Origin: Eledone cirrhosa
Lineage: Eukaryota
Direction of reading: 5' to 3'
NCBI GenBank assembly: GCA_964016885.1
Contig: OZ024747.1
Span: 52,452,001 to 52,516,000, forward strand
Length of the DNA stretch: 64,000 nt
This document shows, piece by piece, positions 39,745 to 51,800 of this stretch (the first letter of the stretch is position 1; each line of letters starts with the position of its first letter). The translations under genes and the position numbers were made by a program. Under the pieces are notes generated by a model. It saw only the letters and a list, made by a program, of their open reading frames with translations. It had not been told where the DNA came from and did no database searches.

Positions 39745-42700
39745 GAGAACCAGTACACAGGACAGAGTTGGTGTAGAGTAAAACAGAGAGAACCAGTACA
39801 TAGGACAGAGTTAGTGTAGAGTAAAACAGAGAGAACCAGTACATATGACAGAGTAGGTGTAGAGTAAAACAGAGAGAACCAGTACATAGGACAGAGTCGG
39901 TGTAGAGTAAAACAGAGAGAACCAGTACGTAGCACAGAGTCGGTGTAGAGTAAAACAGAGAGAACCAGTACATAGGACAGTGTTGGTGTAGAGTAAAACA
40001 GTGAGAACCAGTACATAGGACAGTGTTGGTGTAGAGTAAAACAGAGAGAACCAGTACGTAGCACAGAGTCGATGTAGAGTAAAACAGAGAGAACCAGTAC
40101 ATAGGACAGTGTTGGTGTAGAGTAAAACAGAGAGAACCAGTACATAGGACAGAGTCACTGTAGAGTAAAACAGAGAGAACTAGTACATAGGACAGAGTCA
40201 GAGTAGAGTAAAACAGAGAGAGCCAGTACATAGAACAGAGTCGGTGTAGAGTAAAACAGAGAGAACCAGTACTTAGGACAGAGTCACTGTAGAGTAAAAC
40301 AGAGAGAACTAGTACATAGGACAGAGTCAGAGTAGAGTAAAACAGAGAGAACCAGTACATAGGACAGAGTCGGTGTAGAGTAAAACAGAGAGAACCAGTA
40401 CATAGGACAGAGTTGGTGTAGGGTAAAACAGAGAGAACTAGTACATAGGACAGAGTTGGTGTAGTGTAAAACAGAGAGAACCAGTACATAGGACAGAGTC
40501 GGTGTAGAGTAAAACATAGAGAATCAGTACATAGGACAGAGTTGATGTAGGGTAAAACAGAGAGAACCAGTACATAGGACAGAGTTGGTGTAGAGTAAAA
40601 CAGAGAGAACCAGTACATAGGAGAGTCAGAGTAGAGTAAAACAGAGAGAACCAGTACATAGAACAGAGTCGGTGTAGAGTAAAACAGAGAACCAGTACAT
40701 AGGACAGAGTCAGTGTAGAGTAAAACAGAGAGAACCAGTATATAGGACAGAGTCGGTGTAGAGTAAAACAGAGAGAACCAGTACATAGGACAGAGTCGGT
40801 GTAGAGTAAAACAGAGAGAACCAGTACATAGGACAGTGTTGGTGTAGAGTAAAACAGAGAGAACCAGTACGTAGCACAGAGTCGGTGTAGAGTAAAACAG
40901 AGAGAACCAGTACGTAGCACAGAGTCGGTGTAGAGTAAAACAGAGAGAACCAGTACATAGGATAGTGTTGGTGTAGAGTAAAACTGAGAGAACCAGTACA
41001 TAGGACAGAGTTGATGTAGGGTAAAACAGAGAGAACCAGTACATAGGACAGAGTTGGTGTAGAGTAAAACAGAGAGAACCAGTACATAGGAGAGTCAGAG
41101 TAGAGTAAAACAGAGAGAACCAGTACATAGAACAGAGTCGGTGTAGAGTAAAACAGAGAGAACCAGTACATAGGACAGAGTCACTGTAGAGTAAAACAGA
41201 GAGAACTAGTACATAGGACAGAGTCAGAGTAGAGTAAAACAGAGAGAACCAGTACGTAGGACAGAGTTGATGTAGGGTAAAACAGAGAGAACCAGTACAT
41301 AGGACAGAGTTGGTGTAGAGTAAAACAGAGAGAACCAGTACATAGGACAGAGTCGGTGTAGAGTAAAACAGAGAGAACCAGTACATAGGACAGTGTTGGT
41401 GTAGAGTAAAACAGAGAGAACCAGTACATAGCACAGAGTCGGTGTAGAGTAAAACAGAGAGAACCAGTACATAGGACAGTGTTGGTGTAGAGTAAAACAG
41501 AGAGAACCAGTACATAGGACAGTGTTGGTGTAGAGTAAAACAGAGTGAACCAGTACATAGGACAGTGTTGGTGTAGAGTAAAACAGAGAGAACCAGTACG
41601 TAGCACAGAGTCGGTGTAGAGTAAAACAGAGAGAACCAGTACGTAGCACAGAGTCGGTGTAGAGTAAAACAGAGAGAACCAGTACATAGGACAGAGTCGG
41701 TGTAGAGTAAAACAGAGAGAACCAGTACATAGGACAGTGTTGGTGTAGAGTAAAACAGAGAGAACCAGTACATAGGACAGTGTTGGTGTAGAGTAAAACA
41801 GAGAGAACCAGTACATAGGACAGAGTAGGTGTAGTGTAAAACAGAGAACAGAGAGAACCAGTACGTAGCACAGTGTTGGTGTAGAGTAAAACAGAGAGAA
41901 CCAGTACGTAGCACAGAGTCGGTGTAGAGTAAAACAGAGAGAACCAGTACGTAGCACAGACTCGGTGTAGAGTAAAACAGAGAGAACCAGTACATAGCAC
42001 AGAGTCGGTGTAGAGTAAAACAGAGAGAACCAGTACATAGAACAGAGTCGGAGTAGAGTAAAACAGAGAGAACCAGTACATAGGACAGAGTCACTGTAGA
42101 GTAAAACAGAGAGAACTAGTACATAGGACAGAGTCAGAGTAGAGTAAAACAGAGAGAACCAGTACATAGGACAGAGTCGGTGTAGAGTAAAACAGAGAGA
42201 ACCAGTACATAGGACAGAGTCAGAGTAGAGTAAAACAGAGAGAACCAGTACATAGGACAGAGTCGGTGTAGAGTAAAACAGAGAGAACCAGTACATAGGA
42301 CAGAGTTGGTGTAGGGTAAAACAGAGAGAACTAGTACATAGGACAGAGTTGGTGTAGTGTAAAACAGAGAGAACCAGTACATAGGACAGAGTCGGTGTAG
42401 AGTAAAACATAGAGAACCAGTACATAGGACAGAGTTGGTGTAGAGTAAAACAGTGAGAACCAGTACATAGGACAGAGTTGATGTAGGGTAAAACAGAGAG
42501 AACCAGTACATAGGACAGAGTTGATGTAGGGTAAAACAGAGAGAACCAGTACATAGGACAGAGTTGGTGTAGAGTAAAACAGAGAGAACCAATACATAGG
42601 AGAGTCAGAGTAGAGTAAAACAGAGAGAACCAGTACCCAGGACAGAGTCGGTGTAGAGTAAAACAGAGAGAACCAGTACATAGGACAGAGTCAGTGTAGA

Positions 42701-45700
42701 GTAAAACAGAGAGAACCAGTATATAGGACAGAGTCGGTGTAGAGTAAAACAGAGAGAACCAGTACATAGGACAGTGTTGGTGTAGAGTAAAACAGAGAGA
42801 ACCAGTACGTAGCACAGAGTCGGTGTAGAGTAAAACAGAGAGAACCAGTACGTAGCACAGAGTCGGTGTAGAGTAAAACAGAGAGAACCAGTACATAGGA
42901 CAGAGTTAGTGTAGAGTAAAACAGAGAGAACCAGTACATAGGACAGTGTTGGTGTAGAGTAAAACAGAGAGAACCAGTACATAGGACAGAGTAGGTGTAG
43001 TGTAAAACAGAGAACAGAGAGAACCAGTACATAGGACAGTGTTGGTGTAGAGTAAAACAGAGAGAACCAGTACGTAGCACAGAGTCGGTGTAGAGTAAAA
43101 CAGAGAGAACCAGTACGTAGCACAGAGTCGGTGTAGAGTAAAACAGAGAGAACCAGTACATAGGACAGTGTTTGTGTAGAGTAAAACAGAGAGAACCAGT
43201 ACGTAGCACAGAGTCGGTGTAGAGTAAAACAGAGAGAACCAGTACATAGGACAGTGTTGGTGTAGAGTAAAACAGAGAGAGCCAGTACGTAGCACAGAGT
43301 CGGTGTAGAGTAAAACAGAGAGAACCAGTACATAGGACAGTGTTGGTGTAGAGTAAAACAGAGAGAACCAGTACATAGGACAGAGTAGGTGTAGTGTAAA
43401 ACAGAGAGAACCAGTACGTAGCACAGAGTCGGTGTAGAGTAAAACAGAGAGAACCAGTACGTAGCACAGAGTCGGTGTAGAGTAAAACAAAGAGAACCAG
43501 TACGTAGCACAGAGTCGGTGTAGAGTAAAACAGAGAGAACCAGTACGTAGCACAGAGTCGGTGTAGAGTAAAACAGAGAGAACCAGTACGTAGCACAGAG
43601 TCGGTGTAGAGTAAAACAGAGAGAACCAGTACATAGGACACTGTTGGTGTAGAGTAAAACAGAGAGAATCAGTACATAGGACAGTGTTGGTGTAGAGTAA
43701 AACAGAGAGAACCAGTACGTAGCACAGAGTCGGTGTAGAGTAAAACAGAGAACCAATACATAGGACAGAGTAGGTGTAGTGTAAAACAGAGAACAGAGAG
43801 AACCAGTACACAGGACAGAGTTGGTGTAGAGTAAAACAGAGAGAACCAGTACATAGGACAGAGTTAGTGTAGAGTAAAACAGAGAGAACCAGTACATATG
43901 ACAGAGTAGGTGTAGAGTAAAACAGAGAGAACCAGTACATAGGACAGAGTCGGTGTAGAGTAAAACAGAGAGAACCAGTACGTAGCACAGAATCGGTGTA
44001 GAGTAAAACAGAGAGAACCAGTACATAGGACAGTGTTGGTGTAGAGTAAAACAGAGAGAACCAGTACATAGGACAGTGTTGGTGTAGAGTAAAACAGAGA
44101 GAACCAGTACGTAGCACAGAGTCGATGTAGAGTAAAACAGAGAGAACCAGTACATAGGACAGTGTTGGTGTAGAGTAAAACAGAGAGAACCAGTACATAG
44201 GACAGAGTCACTGTAGAGTAAAACAGAGAGAACTAGTACATAGGACAGAGTCAGAGTAGAGTAAAACAGAGAGAGCCAGTACATAGAACAGAGTCGGTGT
44301 AGAGTAAAACAGAGAGAGCCAGTACATAGAACAGAGTCGGTGTAGAGTAAAACAGAGAGAACCAGTACTTAGGACAGAGTCACTGTAGAGTAAAACAGAG
44401 AGAACTAGTACATAGGACAGAGTCAGAGTAGAGTAAAACAGAGAGAACCAGTACATAGGACAGAGTCGGTGTAGAGTAAAACAGAGAGAACCAGTACATA
44501 GGACAGAGTTGGTGTAGGGTAAAACAGAGAGAACTAGTACATAGGACAGAGTTGGTGTAGTGTAAAACAGAGAGAACCAGTACATAGGACAGAGTCGGTG
44601 TAGAGTAAAACATAGAGAATCAGTACATAGGACAGAGTTGATGTAGGGTAAAACAGAGAGAACCAGTACATAGGACAGAGTTGGTGTAGAGTAAAACAGA
44701 GAGAACCAGTACATAGGAGAGTCAGAGTAGAGTAAAACAGAGAGAACCAGTACATAGAACAGAGTCGGTGTAGAGTAAAACAGAGAACCAGTACATAGGA
44801 CAGAGTCAGTGTAGAGTAAAACAGAGAGAACCAGTATATAGGACAGAGTCGGTGTAGAGTAAAACAGAGAGAACCAGTACATAGGACAGAGTCGGTGTAG
44901 AGTAAAACAGAGAGAACCAGTACATAGGACAGTGTTGGTGTAGAGTAAAACAGAGAGAACCAGTACGTAGCACAGAGTCGGTGTAGAGTAAAATAGAGAG
45001 AACCAGTACGTAGCACAGAGTCGGTGTAGAGTAAAACAGAGAGAACCAGTACATAGGACAGTGTTGGTGTAGAGTAAAACTGAGAGAACCAGTACATAGG
45101 ACAGAGTTGATGTAGGGTAAAACAGAGAGAACCAGTACATAGGACAGAGTTGGTGTAGAGTAAAACAGAGAGAACCAGTACATAGGAGAGTCAGAGTAGA
45201 GTAAAACAGAGAGAACCAGTACATAGAACAGAGTCGGTGTAGAGTAAAACAGAGAGAACCAGTACATAGGACAGAGTCACTGTAGAGTAAAACAGAGAGA
45301 ACTAGTACATAGGACAGAGTCAGAGTAGAGTAAAACAGAGAGAACCAGTACGTAGGACAGAGTTGATGTAGGGTAAAACAGAGAGAACCAGTACATAGGA
45401 CAGAGTTGGTGTAGAGTAAAACAGAGAGAACCAGTACATAGGACAGAGTCGGTGTAGAGTAAAACAGAGAGAACCAGTACATAGGACAGTGTTGGTGTAG
45501 AGTAAAACAGAGAGAACCAGTACGTAGCACAGAGTCGGTGTAGAGTAAAACAGAGAGAACCAGTACATAGGACAGTGTTGGTGTAGAGTAAAACAGAGAG
45601 AACCAGTACATAGGACAGTGTTGGTGTAGAGTAAAACAGAGTGAACCAGTACATAGGACAGTGTTGGTGTAGAGTAAAACAGAGAGAACCAGTACGTAGC

Positions 45701-47426
45701 ACAGAGTCGGTGTAGAGTAAAACAGAGAGAACCAGTACGTAGCACAGAGTCGGTGTAGAGTAAAACAGAGAGAACCAGTACATAGGACAGAGTCGGTGTA
45801 GAGTAAAACAGAGAGAACCAGTACATAGGACAGTGTTGGTGTAGAGTAAAACAGAGAGAACCAGTACATAGGACAGTGTTGGTGTAGAGTAAAACAGAGA
45901 GAACCAGTACATAGGACAGAGTAGGTGTAGTGTAAAACAGAGAACAGAGAGAACCAGTACGTAGCACAGTGTTGGTGTAGAGTAAAACAGAGAGAACCAG
46001 TACGTAGCACAGAGTCGGTGTAGAGTAAAACAGAGAGAACCAGTACGTAGCACAGACTCGGTGTAGAGTAAAACAGAGAGAACCAGTACATAGCACAGAG
46101 TCGGTGTAGAGTAAAACAGAGAGAACCAGTACATAGAACAGAGTCGGAGTAGAGTAAAACAGAGAGAACCAGTACATAGGACAGAGTCACTGTAGAGTAA
46201 AACAGAGAGAACTAGTACATAGGACAGAGTCAGAGTAGAGTAAAACAGAGAGAACCAGTACATAGGACAGAGTCGGTGTAGAGTAAAACAGAGAGAACCA
46301 GTACATAGGACAGAGTCAGAGTAGAGTAAAACAGAGAGAACCAGTACATAGGACAGAGTCGGTGTAGAGTAAAACAGAGAGAACCAGTACATAGGACAGA
46401 GTTGGTGTAGGGTAAAACAGAGAGAACTAGTACATAGGACAGAGTTGGTGTAGTGTAAAACAGAGAGAACCAGTACATAGGACAGAGTCGGTGTAGAGTA
46501 AAACATAGAGAACCAGTACATAGGACAGAGTTGGTGTAGAGTAAAACAGAGAGAACCAGTACATAGGACAGAGTTGATGTAGGGTAAAACAGAGAGAACC
46601 AGTACATAGGACAGAGTTGATGTAGGGTAAAACAGAGAGAACCAGTACATAGGACAGAGTTGGTGTAGAGTAAAACAGAGAGAACCAGTACATAGGAGAG
46701 TCAGAGTAGAGTAAAACAGAGAGAACCAGTACCCAGGACAGAGTCGGTGTAGAGTAAAACAGAGAGAACCAGTACATAGGACAGAGTCAGTGTAGAGTAA
46801 AACAGAGAGAACCAGTATATAGGACAGAGTCGGTGTAGAGTAAAACAGAGAGAACCAGTACATAGGACAGTGTTGGTGTAGAGTAAAACAGAGAGAACCA
46901 GTACGTAGCACAGAGTCGGTGTAGAGTAAAACAGAGAGAACCAGTACGTAGCACAGAGTCGGTGTAGAGTAAAACAGAGAGAACCAGTACATAGGACAGA
47001 GTTAGTGTAGAGTAAAACAGAGAGAACCAGTACATAGGACAGTGTTGGTGTAGAGTAAAACAGAGAGAACCAGTACATAGGACAGAGTAGGTGTAGTGTA
47101 AAACAGAGAACAGAGAGAACCAGTACATAGGACAGTGTTGGTGTAGAGTAAAACAGAGAGAACCAGTACGTAGCACAGAGTCGGTGTAGAGTAAAACAGA
47201 GAGAACCAGTACGTAGCACAGAGTCGGTGTAGAGTAAAACAGAGAGAACCAGTACATAGGACAGTGTTGGTGTAGAGTAAAACAGAGAGAACCAGTACGT
47301 AGCACAGAGTCGGTGTAGAGTAAAACAGAGAGAACCAGTACATAGGACAGTGTTGGTGTAGAGTAAAACAGAGAGAGCCAGTACGTAGCACAGAGTCGGT
47401 GTAGAGTAAAACAGAGAGAACCAGTA
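39745..47426. repeat. Older near-tandem duplication, offset 4053 then 4096 bp (95 monomers +11)
   Basis: ORF pairs 40284/44380, 41181/45277 and 42331/46427. Markers acagactcgg 41961/46057 and tacccagg about 42636/46732. I counted roughly eight copy-specific SNPs by eye. Confidence 0.9.
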
Positions 47427-48829
47427 CGTAGCACAGAGTCGGTGTAGAGTAAAACAGAGAGAACCAGTACATAGGACAGTGTTGGTGTAGAGTAAAACAG
47501 AGAGAACCAGTACATAGGACAGTGTTGGTGTAGAGTAAAACAGAGAGAACCAGTACGTAGCACAGAGTCGCTGTAGAGTAAAACAGAGAGAACCAGTACA
47601 TAGGACAGAGTTGATGTAGGGTAAAACAGAGAGAACCAGTACATAGGACAGAGTTGGTGTAGAGTAAAACAGAGAGAACCAGTACATAGGAGAGTCAGAG
47701 TAGAGTAAAACAGAGAGAACCAGTACATAGGACAGAGTCAGTGTAGAGTAAAACAGAGAGAACCAGTACATAGGACAGTGTTGGTGTAGAGTAAAACAGA
47801 GAGAACCAGTACATAGGACAGTGTTGGTGTAGAGTAAAACAGAGAGAACCAGTACATAGGACACTGTTGGTGTAGAGTAAAACAGAGAGAATCAGTACAT
47901 AGGACAGTGTTGGTGTAGAGTAAAACAGAGAGAACCAGTACATAGGACAGAGAGAACCAGTACGTAGCACAGAGTTGGTGTAGAGTAAAACAGAGAGAAC
48001 CAGTACGTAGCACAGAGTCGGTGTAGAGTAAAACAGAGAGAACCAGTACATAGGACAGTGTTGGTGTAGAGTAAAACAGAGAGAACCAGTACATAGGACA
48101 GAGTAGGTGTAGTGTAAAACAGAGAGAACCAGTACGTAGCACAGAGTCGGTGTAGAGTAAAACAGAGAGAACCAGTACGTAGCACAGAGTCGGTGTAGAG
48201 TAAAACAGAGAGAACCAGTACGTAGCACAGAGTCGGTGTAGAGTAAAACAGAGAGAACCAGTACATAGGACAGTGTTGGTGTAGAGTAAAACAGAGAGAA
48301 CCAGTACATAGGACAGAGTAGGTGTAGTGTAAAACAGAGAGAACCAGTACGTAGCACAGAGTCGGTGTAGAGTAAAACAGAGAGAACCAGTACGTAGCAC
48401 AGAGTCGGTGTAGAGTAAAACAGAGAGAACCAGTACGTAGCACAGAGTCGGTGTAGAGTAAAACAGAGAGAACCAGTACGTAGCACAGAGTCGGTGTAGA
48501 GTAAAACAGAGAGAACCAGTACGTAGCACAGAGTCGGTGTAGAGTAAAACAGAGAGAACCAGTACATAGGACACTGTTGGTGTAGAGTAAAACAGAGAGA
48601 ATCAGTACATAGGACAGTGTTGGTGTAGAGTAAAACAGAGAGAACCAGTACATAGGACAGAGTAGGTGTAGTGTAAAACAGAGAACAGAGAGAACCAGTA
48701 CATAGGACAGTGTTGGTGTAGAGTAAAACAGAGAGAACCAGTACGTAGCACAGAGTCGGTGTAGAGTAAAACAGAGAACCAGTACGTAGCACAGAGTCGG
48801 TGTAGAGTAAAACAGAGAGAACCAGTACA

Positions 48830-51800
48830 TAGGACAGTGTTGGTGTAGAGTAAAACAGAGAGAACCAGTACGTAGCACAGAGTCGGTGTAGAGTAAAACA
48901 GAGAGAACTAGTACATAGGACAGAGTCAGAGTAGAGTAAAACAGAGAGAACCAGTACATAGGACAGAGTTGATGTAGGGTAAAACAGAGAGAACTAGTAC
49001 ATAGGACAGAGTTGGTGTAGTGCAAAACAGAGAGAACCAGTACATAGGACAGAGTCGGTGTAGAGTAAAACATAGAGAACCAGTACATAGGACAGAGTAG
49101 ATGTAGGGTAAAACAGAGAGAACCAGTACATAGGACAGAGTTGGTGTAGAGTAAAACAGAGAGAACCAGTACATAGGAGAGTCAGAGTAGAGTAAAACAG
49201 AGAGAACCAGTACATAGAACAGAGTCGGTGTAGAGTAAAACAGAGAACCAGTACATAGGACAGAGTCAGTGTAGAGTAAAACAGAGAGAACCAGTACATA
49301 GGACAGAGTTGGTGTAGAGTAAAACAGAGAGAACCAGTACACAGGACAGAGTTGGTGTAGAGTAAAACAGAGAGAACCAGTACATAGGACAGAGTTAGTG
49401 TAGAGTAAAACAGAGAGAACCAGTACATATGACAGAGTAGGTGTAGAGTAAAACAGAGAGAACCAGTACATAGGACAGAGTCGGTGTAGAGTAAAACAGA
49501 GAGAACCAGTACGTAGCACAGAGTCGGTGTAGAGTAAAACAGAGAGAACCAGTACATAGGACAGTGTTGGTGTAGAGTAAAACAGAGAGAACCAGTACAT
49601 AGGACAGTGTTGGTGTAGAGTAAAACAGAGAGAACCAGTACGTAGCACAGAGTCGATGTAGAGTAAAACAGAGAGAACCAGTACATAGGACAGTGTTGGT
49701 GTAGAGTAAAACAGAGAGAACCAGTACATAGGACAGAGTCACTGTAGAGTAAAACAGAGAGAACTAGTACATAGGACAGAGTCAGAGTAGAGTAAAACAG
49801 AGAGAGCCAGTACATAGAACAGAGTCGGTGTAGAGTAAAACAGAGAGAACCAGTACTTAGGACAGAGTCACTGTAGAGTAAAACAGAGAGAACTAGTACA
49901 TAGGACAGAGTCAGAGTAGAGTAAAACAGAGAGAACCAGTACATAGGACAGAGTCGGTGTAGAGTAAAACAGAGAGAACCAGTACATAGGACAGAGTTGG
50001 TGTAGGGTAAAACAGAGAGAACTAGTACATAGGACAGAGTTGGTGTAGTGTAAAACAGAGAGAACCAGTACAAAGGACAGAGTCGGTGTAGAGTAAAACA
50101 TAGAGAATCAGTACATAGGACAGAGTTGATGTAGGGTAAAACAGAGAGAACCAGTACATAGGACAGAGTTGGTGTAGAGTAAAACAGAGAGAACCAGTAC
50201 ATAGGAGAGTCAGAGTAGAGTAAAACAGAGAGAACCAGTACATAGAACAGAGTCGGTGTAGAGTAAAACAGAGAACCAGTACATAGGACAGAGTCAGTGT
50301 AGAGTAAAACAGAGAGAACCAGTATATAGGACAGAGTCGGTGTAGAGTAAAACAGAGAGAACCAGTACATAGGACAGTGTTGGTGTAGAGTAAAACAGAG
50401 AGAACCAGTACATAGGACAGTGTTGGTGTAGAGTAAAACAGAGAGAACCAGTACGTAGCACAGAGTCGATGTAGAGTAAAACAGAGAGAACCAGTACATA
50501 GGACAGTGTTGGTGTAGAGTAAAACAGAGAGAACCAGTACATAGGACAGAGTCACTGTAGAGTAAAACAGAGAGAACTAGTACATAGGACAGAGTCAGAG
50601 TAGAGTAAAACAGAGAGAGCCAGTACATAGAACAGAGTCGGTGTAGAGTAAAACAGAGAGAACCAGTACTTAGGACAGAGTCACTGTAGAGTAAAACAGA
50701 GAGAACTAGTACATAGGACAGAGTCAGAGTAGAGTAAAACAGAGAGAACCAGTACATAGGACAGAGTCGGTGTAGAGTAAAACAGAGAGAACCAGTACAT
50801 AGGACAGAGTTGGTGTAGGGTAAAACAGAGAGAACTAGTACATAGGACAGAGTTGGTGTAGTGTAAAACAGAGAGAACCAGTACAAAGGACAGAGTCGGT
50901 GTAGAGTAAAACATAGAGAATCAGTACATAGGACAGAGTTGATGTAGGGTAAAACAGAGAGAACCAGTACATAGGACAGAGTTGGTGTAGAGTAAAACAG
51001 AGAGAACCAGTACATAGGAGAGTCAGAGTAGAGTAAAACAGAGAGAACCAGTACATAGAACAGAGTCGGTGTAGAGTAAAACAGAGAACCAGTACATAGG
51101 ACAGAGTCAGTGTAGAGTAAAACAGAGAGAACCAGTATATAGGACAGAGTCGGTGTAGAGTAAAACAGAGAGAACCAGTACATAGGACAGAGTCGGTGTA
51201 GAGTAAAACAGAGAGAACCAGTACATAGGACAGTGTTGGTGTAGAGTAAAACAGAGAGAACCAGTACGTAGCACAGAGTCGGTGTAGAGTAAAACAGAGA
51301 GAACCAGTACGTAGCACAGAGTCGGTGTAGAGTAAAACAGAGAGAACCAGTACATAGGACAGTGTTGGTGTAGAGTAAAACTGAGAGAACCAGTACATAG
51401 GACAGAGTTGATGTAGGGTAAAACAGAGAGAACCAGTACATAGGACAGAGTTGGTGTAGAGTAAAACAGAGAGAACCAGTACATAGGACAGAGTCGGTGT
51501 AGAGTAAAACAGAGAGAACCAGTACATAGGACAGTGTTGGTGTAGAGTAAAACAGAGAGAACCAGTACATAGGACAGTGTTGGTGTAGAGTAAAACAGAG
51601 AGAACCAGTACATAGGACAGAGTAGGTGTAGTGTAAAACAGAGAACAGAGAGAACCAGTACGTAGCACAGTGTTGGTGTAGAGTAAAACAGAGAGAACCA
51701 GTACGTAGCACAGAGTCGGTGTAGAGTAAAACAGAGAGAACCAGTACGTAGCACAGACTCGGTGTAGAGTAAAACAGAGAGAACCAGTACATAGCACAGA

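Noticed and set aside
40284-46992. Offset of exactly 4096 (2^12) as a sign of a computational or synthetic artefact
   Set aside because: It equals 95x43 + 3x7 - 5x2 from visible indel monomers, it shifts to 4053 upstream, and the copies carry distinct SNPs, so it is a coincidence.
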